Origin: Eledone cirrhosa
Lineage: Eukaryota
DNA: 64,000 bases
Direction: 5' to 3'
Assembly (NCBI GenBank): GCA_964016885.1
Contig: OZ024740.1
Location: forward strand, 288,796,001 to 288,860,000
A model generated the notes under the pieces. The model searched no databases, had not been told where the DNA came from, and saw nothing but the letters and a program-made list of their open reading frames with translations. Positions 26,101 through 39,930 of the stretch are shown here, one piece after another. The translations under genes and the position numbers were made by a program. Within the stretch, counting starts at the first letter, position 1; each line of letters opens with the position of its first letter.

Positions 26101-28274
26101 TTCTAACAAAGAAATAAGAAATGAGAGTTTTAAACAAGAGACTCGAGTCAAAGAAACCACAGTTCATGAAGGATCTATTGAGGAACATAAAATTCTTGAT
26201 GACCAAACTCCCAGCAAATTCACATCAGAGTCAAAGATTACTGAAGATGTCAAAGTAAAGAGATCAGAAACAGCAACAACAGAAGAGAGCACAACTCGAT
26301 CAACCACTGTTGGTGATGAGACTCAATCAATTACAGATGAAATTCGTTCTGTGAAACAAAAAGATGTTGAATCTGAAAGTAAAAGAGAACAGGCAACTGT
26401 AGAAGATGAGTTTCAAAAGGAAACCACTGAAGAACTAACAACTAAAGATGCACTCAAAATGCATAGTGAACTGACTGAAGGAACGTCTCATACATTTGAA
26501 GAAGATGGTACCAAGAAGGAAATAAGCCAAGAAAAATCATCTGTGTGTGATAAATCATTTGAAGAAGAGATTGAGAAACAACAGTATGAAAAACAATCAA
26601 AAGATGGAGAAATTCAGAAAATTGAAGATTTAGAACAGAAACTGATTGAAAAAGATTCTAAAATGGAAATTATTACTGATACAACCAGCAAAGAAGATGA
26701 GTTCCAGAAAGAAATTAAAAAAGAAGTAGCTGTAAAAGACGAATCCAAGTTGTCTATGACCATCACTGATGATTTGATGGAGGTTGATAAAACAGACAAA
26801 AAATACAAATCCAAAACATCTGAAATCGAGGAAAATGTAAAACATGAAGACACTTTTCACAAAGAAGTGGTTGAATTAAAAGAACCTGAAACAGCTAGAG
26901 TTCTTGAGGTAATTGAAGGAGAAGATTCTGGGGGTGAGAGTGACCATTCCTTCATTGAACATAGTGATGAAGAGAATGAACAAATGGAGGCTTTAACAAG
27001 GAGCGGTCATTTAATTGGTTCAAGGATGGACGATCTTGTTGAAGAAGAAATTGATGAGACTGAAATCGAGGACCAGTTTATTGACAGGCGAGAATATTTT
27101 GAACATCATCAAAGGGACACTATTGATTTCAGAATTGTTCAGAGAAATTCCAGACCTGATTTTAACACCACTGAAGGATTTCCACCATTACACACAGACA
27201 AAGATGTCACTACAGTTCTGAAAGGTACATCAAAAGATAGTGATATCCCTGCAAAGAGCCAAGAACATACTGAACCCCAAGAAGATCAGATTCCTTTTTT
27301 AGGGAAACAGGAAACAGTTCGGGAAATAACCGACACTAAAGCTACCACATTGACCAATGAGAAATCAACTATTGGGCAGAGTACTGGGCTGTTTCCAACT
27401 GACTCTCTAAAAGAAACCGAAAAAGTGTCACACAAGGGGGCTGCTGACAAAGTGAATTTTGCTGAAGATTTCACTTCATACAACTCCCACATCACTGATG
27501 ACTACACGAATTACTCTTCTGATTTCTCCTCTTATCACCGTGATGGAAGTGGTTTGGGTACTCGTAACATCCTTGTCCCATCTTCTTCCACTGAAGCACA
27601 GGAGCGTTCAGCCACTCCTAGTGCAAGCGATGATGACAGTTCTGGTGAGTACTATTCGAGTGAGTGCATAAAAAAACTGAAGATAACTGACCAAATGACT
27701 GAGAGTATAGAGTACCCATTGAAAGACAAGACAGACAAAGACTCAAATGGTAGACCACTGTCTCCCACTGAATACACACTCATGACAGAATCTCAACTGG
27801 AACTTCATGAGGCATTTCAGACAGTGGTTGATGATCAAGACATAATGACTCAGTCAATGATTGAGTCACATGAGTCACTAGTCCAATCAATGATCGATCC
27901 AATGACTCAATCCCAAATCGGAGAAGAGTTCAGACGCTCTCTTGATTCACAGTCTGACATTGATGGTAGAATGGTTATTGACCAAAGCATTGAATCAAGC
28001 AGAGAAGCCAAACAAGAAGACTTTGTAGAGTCTGACCTGAAAAAAGATGAAGAGAGACCCCCATCACCATCAGAATTCACCCTGTTGACATCCCTTGAGC
28101 AAGATGAACTTGCCAAAGCTCTGGGGTTACAGGATAATGGTTTAACAGCAGTCGAAATTGAAGATGAGTATGAACCGGTAGATAAAGACCGAGATGACAC
28201 TAGTCAACAGCTTGCTCAACAGCCATCTGCTCCCACACAAGATGATCAGTTCACCACTGATGCTGATCTAAAAG
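20160..28274 (+). CDS. Giant coding exon B (8115 nt, 2705 codons); KSPSP-repeat and acidic disordered region, probable giant ankyrin tail
   Basis: Within the 2743-aa ORF; acceptor TGTTAG|AT at 20160, donor AAAG|GTATAT after 28274, both phase 1. Extended LIR-like motif at 24158-24208. Confidence 0.85.
21358..24130 (+). repeat. Coding KSPSP/KTPSP array (27/30-nt subunits, 57-nt unit, 195-nt higher-order unit)
   Basis: 57-nt period at 21551/21608; marker CCAAAATATA at 22181, 22376, 22571, 22766 (195-nt period). Confidence 0.95.
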
Positions 28275-28455
28275 GTATATTTCACTTTGATTCTATTTGT
28301 TATGTAGACACCGTGTTGTGGTATTCTTTATTGATAACACACACTTACTCTCTGATACTCTCCAATCAGAAATGTTATTTATAAAGAAACAATTATTATT
28401 ATTATTTGATTTTCTTACTATAAATTAAGAAATTAGTCTTCATTATGACTTTTCG

Positions 28456-28810
28456 GGCAGTGAATTAGTAGAATCATTAGAACACCAAGCAAAATACCTT
28501 GTTGTATTTATTCCAGCTCATTACATTCTGAGTTCAAATCCTGTTGAGGGCAACTTTGCCTTGCATCTTTTTGGGTTCAATAAAGTAACAGGCCTGTAGT
28601 GGGAGTCAATTCTACTTTAGAGCAATAGATTGGCAGAATCATTAGAGCATTACATTTAGTTACAGCTCTTTACATTCTGGCGTCAACTTCGTCTTTCATC
28701 CCTCTGGTGTGGTCAAATAAAATAAAAAAACCACCAGTGAAGTGCCGGGGTTGATTTAATCAACAAGCCCCTTCCTCTTAATTTCTGGCATTGTGCCTAT
28801 GTTAGAAACA
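28456..28810 (+). mobile_element. Two degenerate family 1 SINE copies
   Basis: TAGAATCATTAGA..CTGAGTTCAAATCC..AACTTTGCCTT and a second similar body; boundaries approximate. Confidence 0.6.
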
Positions 28811-29105
28811 ATTGTTAACATCATTAATATTATTGAGTCCTACAGAATATAGACCAGAAATAAATTTTCAGTAACTTAGTTTCAATACATTGATGAAACA
28901 TTTCATTTATATTCCTTTACTAGTTTCAGCCAATGGACTGTGACCGTGCTAGGGCATTGCCATTATGTCACTGTTGAGTTAACTCTTTTGATACCAAACT
29001 ACACGAAACCACTCCTGGATAGTGGGCTATTTATATTTATCTAAACATCTTCCATCATAATTTTATGTAAGAACATTTGTGAAGTTTCAAACACCAACGT
29101 AATAA

Positions 29106-29450
29106 TTGTTTCCACCTTTGGCACAAGGCCAGCAGTCACCCAGTGAATCACTGGTACTTTATTTTATCGACCCCATAAGGATGAAAGGCAAAGTTAACCT
29201 CGGCGGGATTTGAACTCAGAATGGCAAGGGCCATAACTCTATGCGTCAAATCATGGTGTCCGACCCTCTACCAATACTGCCAATCCACCGCCCTATCCAA
29301 CATAATAATGAGAAAGTTAATAATTGTTTCTACTTTAGGCACAAGGCCAGCAAATAACCAGTACATTACTGGTACTTTATTTTATCGACCCTGTAAGGAT
29401 GAAAGGCAAAGTTAATCTCGGCGGGATTTGAACTCAGACGTAACTATGCT
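29106..29450 (-). mobile_element. Two tandem family 1 SINEs (one full, one 5'-truncated)
   Basis: 29106-29293 and 29324-29450 closely match 12782-12965. Confidence 0.85.
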
Positions 29451-29587
29451 AGAAAAAGTTAATAATGTTACTAAATCTGTTCAAATTCTTGATTGTTTGA
29501 AAATCATAGGTTGTCTTTCATTAGAAATGTGGTAATGGGAGGATTAAAAGAAACCACTTCTATTTGTATTATTAGTAAATATTGTAG

Positions 29588-29806
29588 GATGGTGGATTGG
29601 CAGTATTGGTAGAGCATCAGACAATATGATTTTTGGCATAGAGTTACAACCCTTTACACTCGAAGTTCAAATCCCACCAAAGTTAGCTTTGCCTTTCATC
29701 CTTACAGGCTCAATGAAATAAAGTACCACTCATGCACTGAGGTCGATTTAATCGACTTTCCCCTCCCCTAAAATTGCTGGCTTTCTACCTAGATCAAACC
29801 ATTATC
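29588..29806 (+). mobile_element. Family 1 SINE with 12-bp target-site duplication
   Basis: A/B boxes, conserved body, TAAATATTGTAG at 29576-29587 and 29809-29820. Confidence 0.8.
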
Positions 29807-32800
29807 AATAAATATTGTAGAGGCAGGTGATAGTAAATTATCAACACATACACTTTGAATATATTTTCCTACAGTCAATCCTTAATTGGAACTCTTCTTA
29901 AGCCTGAAAAGGCTTCACAACTTTCAATCACTCTTCTCCATCTCCACTCTATAAATCTCGGGTTTTTTGTTTATAGCTGTATAATTGGTGTTCAAACCTT
30001 CTTTAGACTGTGTCTTTGAAAGACAATCTAACAATATATAAAGACACTATTGATAACACTACATGAAGTCAACCCCAATGAGAGAGCCTGTACATAGTCA
30101 CACAACCTTCCAGCCAAATTGCTATCAAATGATATCTACAGTTTTAAATAAAGAAAAGACATGTTAGATAAGGGTGTCGTGTACAGCTCTTAGCAGGATT
30201 GCCAAATCTAGCTAAAAATAGTGGATTATGCTACTTTTCATGACTGCAACTACTTGTTTGTTTGTTTTTATCTACGACTTGTTACTTCAAGATTTTAATT
30301 CTTAAAGGTAAGAATCCTATTTGATATATTAAATTATCAACAAGGCAAATTAGAATCAACCCCCATGCAATCTATATTTTTAATTTACTAGAAAAAAAAT
30401 GTAATTTGGGGTTACTTTCTAACACTCTCCAGTACTTGAAAAATTTGTGCTACTTTCTATGAAATTTATCTGGCAACCCTGCCTCTTAGAAGACATAGGT
30501 CTGCTCAATCAAGGGTGTACCTGAAACTTCAAGGGTGTACCTGAAACTGAACAATAATAGCTACATAAAGACAGTCTTCCATAGTGTCGCTATTGGTTTA
30601 GTCAATGAGGACATTACTCTTAGAAGTAAAGTTGCCTAGTTCAAATTCAGTGTATATTTACCTTAAACTTCTTTAGATTGATTGATGTATAGAAAATTTG
30701 GAGAGGGAGTTCCAATCCAGAGTTAGGAATAGGAGAAAGTGTTTTAGCTGAGATTTGAATGAGACACAGTGGGAATAACAAGAAAAGAGGTAGAGAAATT
30801 AGGTTGGCTAGGACAGGGCAATAATACAGCTTGCTAGTTGAGAATGAGCAGAAATCAGTATAGTAGTAGTAGAAGAGACACTGCAATGATATAGTGTATC
30901 ACTGTTTATGAGAGCAATTTATCTAAGTACCAACACTATCTGATTTCTAATAGTATAGCTAATCTCCAAGTTCTATAACTATGAAATAGACTGACTGGAA
31001 GTAATACTATGTATTACAACTGCAGCTCAACTTACAAAAAGTATCAAAACTATGGCTACTACTATTAGTATGTTGTAGTGACACTAACTTTACCTAACCT
31101 AACATTTTCGGTACTATATCTAACAAAAACTGTGGCTAGTTGAAGTCATGCATTGGAACAACCAAGGGTGTAGATTGTTTCCCAGAAACCTTCCCTTGAA
31201 TGTTGCACTATTCCAACTTACTGAAATGGTTGACTGTTTCTTCTATGGTTGAAATAAAGGCCTTTAATGTGGTACCTACTAACAGTTCCTTCCTTTGATT
31301 GGCAGGCAATCTGCTGCATGAGCATGGCACTAGAAATTTGTTGTTTGCTGATTCTGTTGTAATGTTTACCAATTTCTCATATGATTCTTCTTACTAAGCT
31401 CATGTACTTTTTTAGTTGTTATTTTTTTTCTTCCATTTTTATCTTGAAATTTGTTGTCACTAGTATGAGAACTAAATGAATTTGAATATATTTGAATATA
31501 TCGGGGAATTTGGAAGGGGTATGGAGAATATGTCTGAAACACACATACAACACACACATGTACATACACATTTGGGAAAGTATTTAGGTCACCTTACATC
31601 TCATTTATGCCATTTTGTGTTTGTGTGTGAGTATGAATGTGTGTGTGTGTAGAAAATGAAAAGAACTTAATAGATTATTTGTATGATGAATACTTCAAAC
31701 TATGGATAATTTTGTCAACAGAAATTGTGTTATAGCCTTGGACACTGAACTTAATTCTACTAGCCTGAATTTAACCAGTTCATCTGGAGAAGTTAACCTG
31801 CAATAAACTTGCATTCTATTCAAAATCAAAGATTTATTTATCACTTGTTGAACACTAAAGAAAAGATCTAGATGTAAGGAAGATCGTGATGGCGTGTGGA
31901 ATAGGACAAGGGAAGAACACAAGATGACTTCTGCCTTGTACACACATTCAAAAAATCAAAAGGTCATGTTACCTATAAAGTGAGTCTTCATGAAGAAACA
32001 TTTTGCAACCAATTGTAGAAAGACCATCCTGCTATTTTAAAAAATATTGGATCCAACACTATGAAATTATTACCAGAAAGTGAAAGATGTGTGAGCCATA
32101 CTTGATCAGCAGGCTTGTTTTATCTTTACTGTCTTAAATTGGTGCTTATAAATGACTAATATCAACAAATCCAATTTGAAAACACACTGGTGGAATAAAG
32201 CTCACAACCAATTTTATTGTCTAATAGTGACTGGGATTACATAGGCCAATTGAGCTTACTTTGCTGACCTCTGCATAACATATGACAAAGATGACCTATG
32301 TAGGACTTGAAATCGGAATGGAGAAGTGCTGAACTATAAACAGTAAAACATCCAGTTTGATAATACACTGTCTTGGGCCAACCATCTTACCATTGTTTCA
32401 TACAGTTATTGATGTTCCATATATGTAAATCTATTGAACCAATCGACCTATGCTACACAAGAGCAATTATGATAAACCTTGGAAGCATTTTATCTTCTTA
32501 TATATAATTATATAGCTTTAAGTATTTTAACATAGAATATTTGTGTGTATGTGTATGTGAACCCATATATGTATGTGTGTGTAAATCCATATATGTGTTT
32601 GTATGTTTGTGTTGTGCTTTTTTTTTTGTCATATTTAAAAAGATGTCCATTTTGTTATTGCTACTTTTCACTGTTCCTTTTTTATGTTTACTGTTGCTTA
32701 TGTATATGCCATGTGTCCCACATGTTTGATAGATTTCCAAACACTAAACATGTTTAAGTGTTACCTTAATTGTGGAAAACTATTTTGTTTTTTTATAAGT

Positions 32801-33577
32801 GTATGTTCCTTTATGTAAATTGTGTATGTGTTAGTCATCAACTTCCATACATTCTCTTCTAGTCCTTCCCTTGGCTTGGTTTATTACCTGAAATTGTCCC
32901 ATCACAATTCCTCTCATTGTTCTAACTACCTCAAATTCCACAATATTTAACCTATCACTCTTATTACTGTGGGCAAGGATGATAACTGTAGATCATTCCA
33001 TATTTCTTAATATCTCAGCTGATGATGATAATGAGGGTGATGGTTATTATGGTGCTGGGTGAAAATATATCAAGACTTGACATAGGTTGGACCTTTGATA
33101 GGCCAATTAAAACAGGAACAAGAGATGGGTGGAGAGTAGATCTGTTATCTGTAAACATGTTGGTACCACATATAAGCAAACATGAGATACAGATGGAGCA
33201 ATGGTGTACTGCAAATCCAGCCAACCCATGAAGCTAACCCAGCAATGATAATCATCGGCTGTCAAATCCTGTCCCTCTAAGTCATGTAAATTCTTAAACA
33301 CTTTGTGTGTGTGTGTGTGTGTGTGTTGGCAATTAAGGATGAAAAACTCTCACATAATGTCCCTGTCCCAGCATAGTTGGGATTAACTGAAACTGAAAAC
33401 ATCATTTCCAGTTGTATAGCTATTGGTAATTATTTTACCTTATCAGTTCAAGTCTTAGAAACTCCAGGTTAACCTGTGTGTCCCCTATGTGTGGTGTGAA
33501 TGTGAAAGAGAGAGGAAGTTGCATGAAAGATGATTTCCAATTTGTATCATTTTGTTTTGTGTGTTGTTTTTGTGCAG

Positions 33578-34423
33578 GTATTGACAAACAGGAAATCATA
33601 TTTGAGCAGATGGTTGAACAAATTGTTTGTGAGGGAAACAAAATATCAGTGCCTGATTCCACAATACAAGATGAAGATTCTGTTTCCACTGAACCTGCGT
33701 TGATGTCATCATCTCAGTCTAGAGACAACAATACTTATTCTAGTATCAGCAGTTCTGATTTTGGTGAACAAGTAGCAGCCGTACAGTCACAACAAGTCTG
33801 TAGAGAAGACAGCGGCTCTGATGATCGAGCTCTAACTGAAGAAGACTTTGAACGCATGATGTCCAGTTATGAAAATGTTTATGATGGAGTGCAACTCGCT
33901 CCTGAGGTCAGCAAGTTAGCCATGACTGCCAGTGATATAGATATTGGAGATCGTTTTGACACAAAACAACTTGACCTGCATCTTCAGCCAACTGGACGCT
34001 CTTCAAGTTATGAGCAGCTTTACAAAGAAACAGGTGAAATGGCAGCTGAATTAAATGAACAAGCCGAGCAAGTTATTTATTCTGCAGAGTCAAAAGAAGG
34101 TGAGTTGAACAACGTGAGTGCAGCGACTGACTCACTTGTGTCTCAAGCTTGCTCGAAACCACAGAGTGAGCCAAAATGTTTACCTGCAAAGAGGTCAGTC
34201 CGGTTTGACACTGATCCCAGTCCAATTCACATAACAGTACAGTCTGGACTAGACACTTTAGGCTGTGATGATAGCATAACAACGGAGTCAACTGACCCAG
34301 AATTTATGATGCGAGCCTATTCTTGGGACCCAGACTGGGACCAGTCTAAGTGTCGTAATAGAACATATTCTGCTCCTGGGAAAAAGTCTCGTCGGGGTTT
34401 GCCACAAATTTACCAAGAGAAAG
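33578..34423 (+). CDS. 846-nt phase-1 exon (282 codons), acidic/Ser-rich
   Basis: T/G-rich tract + TGCAG|GT acceptor, AAAG|GTATCG donor, inside ORF 33478-34515; composition like the giant exons. Confidence 0.8.
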
Positions 34424-36204
34424 GTATCGTGTTACTAATGTGCTTCTTAAAAAGCAAACCATTTTCCAGTTGCCCTTGCTTGTCTCTAGTTCCAACCATA
34501 TTCTCATTACCGTGACTCCTGTGTTTTTTTTTTATATATATATATAACCTTGCTGTTCTTTGGTGCATCCATTTTGCCGTGGCTTCAGGCTGTGTAGAAT
34601 TTGTTACGCGTGACTGGCCATTTCTATGTAGTTACTTTCTAGAAACAGTAACATGGAAGTGACACTTTGTCTGGATTTGATTTTGGTTTGCTTGGAGAAA
34701 TTCAGTTTAGGTTAGAATTATTGATCTATTGTGTCCGCTTCGATCTATTTAACCTAGCTTCAATAACTAGGTGGGTCAAGCACTTCATATTCTTTCAGGG
34801 AGAAAGGAGGTTGTTACTGACATCTTACTGCTATTAAACCACTAGCATTACTAACTGACCGTCAATGTTATCTATACTTCATTGACAACTACTACCACAC
34901 TCACAATGACCTTTTCTACTACCACGACCACCACACTCACTATACTATAACCACTACTCTGTTTGCTTAATCAGGAATTAAATAACTCTGAATCCTGATA
35001 ATATATTGGAGAGAATAAGATCCCACATTATTTTGTTTATTAACGAAGTTTTACAGTTAACCCAACAATAAGGGTTGTGCATATATATATATATACGTAT
35101 GTATGTGTGCGTATGTATATGTGTCTGCATGTATGTATATGTGTCTGCATGTATGTATATGTGTCTGCATGTACATATATGTATGTGTGTCTACACGTAC
35201 ATATATGTATGTGTGTGTCTACATGTACATATGTCTATATGTGTGTGTGTGTATGCATATATGTATGTGCATGTGTGTGTGTTTTATTTTGGAATTTATC
35301 ATTTCCGTAGTGCAAAAAAGCAGCCATTAGCAATTCGTCTGAGGTAGTAAATTTGACACTCAATGATATTCAAAATGGGTTTGAACTATCAGAATGACAA
35401 TATTTGATTCTGTCTAAGCTAACATCAAAAATAGACTCTTATAATTGCCTCATATCTCACCTTGCCAACTGTCTAGATAGAGCAAATAACAAAAGCCACC
35501 AACCTTAAATCTAAGATTATTCTATATTGAAGGAAGCAATGCCATAGGAAGGGTGAGGAATATATCTCATCAATTCTCATCAGATAAGAGTGTAGAGATC
35601 ATGTCCTGCTGGAACCATTTTGAACTTTATGTAGTCAGTATGGGTTAATCTTATTAATTTGTTTTTAAATATGTACATATATATATCATCATGGACGTAA
35701 AACAGTGATGATGATGATATATATATGTGTGTGTGTGTGTGTATATATATACATATAATACATATATATATTATGTAGGGAGTATCTATGCAACTTGGGC
35801 AGAATAAATACCACAAGGTATTTTTATGAAACACACCAGTTTTATTGATATGTATATCTTTGGCTGATAAACACAAACACTCACAAAGGGTTTCCACATA
35901 GTTTCCAAATACTAAATTATACTTAAAAAGCACTGGTCAACTCAAGGCCCACATGGTGAAATCCTACTTGGAACTACATGGTTGTGAAACAAACTTTTAA
36001 ACTACACTATTAGACGTTTGCCTATTTTTATCATAAACTTTTCTGGACAAGATTCTAAGCAGGAGTGAAAAATGGTCCAAATCAATAAGATACCAGACTT
36101 CATTCGCTTACAAAGTGAGGTAGAACTCGTCTGATCAAACCAAGGAAACAATGTTTCCATTGATCTTTCCAATTGCTGATACTATCTACCAGTTGCAACT
36201 CCTG

Positions 36205-36325
36205 GCAGGAGTAATGTGAAATAAAGCATCTTTCTCAAGGACACAACACATCGCCCAGCCTGGGAATCACTCACATCCTCATGATTGTGAATCTAACTCC
36301 CTAACCACTAAGCCACATGCCTTCA
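36205..36325 (-). mobile_element. Family 2 SINE 5' part
   Basis: Reverse complement begins GAAGGCATGTGGCTTAGTGGTTAG and contains GTCCTTGAG..GCTTTATTTCACA. Confidence 0.6.
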
Positions 36326-36800
36326 CTAAGCAGGAATAATAAATAGTGCCTATAATATTTTGATAACTGGAGTGATGAGAATAAAGATAGAATACGAATA
36401 TCTGAGTTCACTTTGAGTATGGTACTCTTGATTAGACTTAAATGGAAAACAAAACTAGTCCTTCCAAGCTGCTGAAAACTCTGCTTTTTAACTACAAACA
36501 CTACTTCCACAAGCATACTAAATGTTATGTAGTAGTATGATTCTGTATACATGTGTGTTAAAGTATATAGGCAGGCCTGTGAGGATGTTGGTAACTGTAA
36601 TAGAATTCTTTTATTTTTTCCTTGTACTGGTTTCAGTCATTAGGCAGCTCCTATGCTGGAGCATAACCTGAACTTTTTTGTTCCCCTGTTTCTGTGATTT
36701 TGAAATAATTTTCAAAGTAACCACAAATTTGGAGGGATCTAGTCAATTGAAGGATGGATGAACTCAGGAGAGTTAACAACCATCCAATAGTGTGTATATA

Positions 36801-36841
<41 letters not shown>

Positions 36842-37382
36842 TTATCCTTGTCAACCCACAGTGCATAACAAGTATAACACACACTTTGGACTATGCCAGG
36901 CAACATCAACTAAAGGCCCTCAGTCCCTGGCAGCTCTGGAGTCACCACCCAAGACAACTCGGAGTGACAGAGTGGACGAGGCCAAGGGGATGACCAAGAA
37001 TGAGGAGAGACAAACTCCAACATCATTTGGCTGGCCCATGACCGATGTCGCTGGAGGCAGTCCAGGGGTGGGTTCCTCCTCCAGGCGTGATAATGACCTG
37101 ATGAAAAAAATTAAGTTACGGGACATAAACTCAGACAAAGATGAACTTAGACATTCATATATATATATATATGTATATGTATATATATATGCATATGTAT
37201 ATATATATATGTATATATATATGCATATGTATATATATATATGCATATGTATATATATATGTATATATGTATAAATATTATGTATATATATATATTAATT
37301 AAAATAACAGATTAAAGTTTAAACAAAGAATCGCTGCTTTCACCCTTAACGGGATATACATATATATATGTATGTATGTATG

Positions 37383-37419
<37 letters not shown>

Positions 37420-37430
37420 ATATGTATATT

Positions 37431-37842
37431 TATTAAAATAACAGATTAAAGTTTATGCAAAGAATCGTTGCTTTCACCCTTAACGGGATCTTATTGAGCC
37501 CTCTTTGGATTTTAGTCTTCACATTTATTATTATTACTATATGTATATGTTTCCTAAATAGAATATTAGTCTATGACTCCATTTATACCATAAACGTGGT
37601 TTTGTCTTTGCATGTATTTGTTCTCATCGCTCCACATAACGACGTATTATCTTCGCTTTTTTCCATTCATTGCCAGGGAACGTGTTCACGAACCAAAGTA
37701 TCATCTTCTTGTTTTCCTTCAGTTGCAACGTTTTTCGAAATATTTACTTCTGCGTTCAGATTGATTTTTTTTAGTTTCAGAAGATCCCGTTAAGGGTAAA
37801 AGCAGCGATTCTTTGCTTAAACTTTAATCTGTTATTTTAATA
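37431..37842. mobile_element. Non-autonomous TIR element (MITE) with 62-bp inverted termini in (TA)n
   Basis: 37431-37492 is the near-perfect reverse complement of 37781-37842; an orphan TIR copy sits at 37299-37355. Confidence 0.8.
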
Positions 37843-39496
37843 AATATATATATATATATATACATACATATATACACACACACATACATACATACACCCA
37901 ACAAACTTCTGCAGTTTCCATCTACCAAATTTCACTCACAGAACATTGGTTAACTCAAGGTGTCATGCAATAAGAGTGAGCCTGACAGTCATGCTTAGGT
38001 ATAAGATATATGTATTCTGGTGTGATGATAAAGGAGTTTGTGTGAGGATATAACTAAGTGGTGGTTGTAGAGGTTGTCACAAGTAGTTTCAATTCTGCTT
38101 AGCCAGAAACGAATCAAACTAAACATTTGATTAGTATTTTTAACAATGACCATCCTCTCTTTATTATAGAGCATGCTGTCCTAGGATTTAGAATGTAAAA
38201 CATATGGTCTTCAATTTGAAGATGGAAGAGAGGTTTATTGAGATATATGTGCCTGTTATGTGACTACGATTCTCTGTAGGGGTTAAGGGCTTATTATGTG
38301 TTTTCATTGGCTCGTCTGACTGAAGAAAATTTGTGAGGCTACATTGCTCTGTCAATGTGGGTGGGGTGCAGATGAACCCTAATTTCAGTCTACTCTAATA
38401 CAAACCACCATAATAAAAGAGGCCAGGTGTGTCTATGTCTCCTTAAATACATGAAGCTTCTTTATCATCAGATAAATCTTTTTTTTTTTTTTACTGTTGC
38501 ACTGGAAAATCGGACTGAATGAGCCCCAAGCCATCAACCTTCCAAGTTACATATGGGAGGATGAGGATTGTAATGCTGACTTTGTTTAATTTTTTACTCT
38601 ATGAAATGGTGGTAATGATGATGAAAGATTAGATGGGGGGGGGGGGGGGTTTGCCGCATGTCATTTTCCTTCCTATTGGTTTTAGTAGTTTTCTGAGTTT
38701 ACAGGAATGACTTCTCAGTACCCTTCCCTTGTTCCTCCTCTCAGAAAATTACAGGAGTGTTGGTGGTCAAGGGCTCAAGTGCTTTTTGGGAGGTTGGCTT
38801 TCCTCCTTCTCATCTTCTCTCTGTCTGAATCTAAACACCTAGTGGCATAACTCCATCAGAAGTGTAACAAGAGAAGATCCAAGAGAGCCTGTAGTTTTAA
38901 TATTACCTAACAGTATAGTGCCATATTCATAAGTATGGGATGAACTGAGAATGAAAAAGGATATAACTAAATGACACAAGGCACTTTGTCCAGTGCTTCA
39001 ATTCTACAATTGACGGACATAATAATAACATCAATAACAATGATTTCTAATGTAGATACAAAGTCATAAATGATTAAAAGCAAAGTCTACTTTACTTTAT
39101 TACAAAATACAAGACCTAGCTTAGAAAAGGTGAGGGTACAATTGATTGGATTGACACTAATATATGACCGGTACTTACTCTTGGTGACTTAAAAACAAAA
39201 CTAAATACTGTTTTTGCTAAATCATAACTTTAATAAATAATAATATTAATAGCAACAACAACAACAACTGACAGATGCATAACCAAAACCCAGGACCTAC
39301 AAATATACACAACATACAGCAAATTGCACTATTAGGCACTGCCCACACATTATGGAGAGTACTTTCAATACAATAGAAACAACACCAAAAATAATACTGC
39401 ACTTATCCAAGGTAAACAGAGTTGGGCTTGGTCATACAGTAACAGCTTGCAATGCAAATAAAACTAATGATAATAAAAATGAAAGGAATAATAATG

Positions 39497-39930
39497 GTTT
39501 TTGATTTAGTCAGAAAGCCAACAATTTTCGGGGAGGCAAAGTCAATTAAATCAACCTCACTGCGTTACTGGTACTTTATTTTATTGAGAAAAGCTAATCT
39601 CAGTGGGTTTGAAATCCATACATAAAGGCCCATAACTCTATGCCACAAAGCATGTTGTCCGACACTCTACTGATATTGCAAATCCACCACGCCAATGATA
39701 GGGATAATAATAATAATGATGGTTGCTAACACAAGGCTACAAATTTACTGAAGAAGAGTATAGTCAATTGAATCGAACCTCAATAAATAACCAGTAATTA
39801 TTTATATTGACTTCATAGAAATGAATGGCAAAGTTAACCACATAGTAATTTGAACTCAGATCAGGAAGTGGTGATCCAATTATTGCATGACATTTAGTGC
39901 AGTTCTCTACTCTTTCTACTGCTCTGCTAT
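39497..39930 (-). mobile_element. Two degenerate family 1 SINEs
   Basis: ACTGGTACTTTATTTTATTG..TCCGACACTCTAC..AATCCACC and a second GGCAAAGTTAACC..TTTGAACTCAGA; boundaries approximate. Confidence 0.6.
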
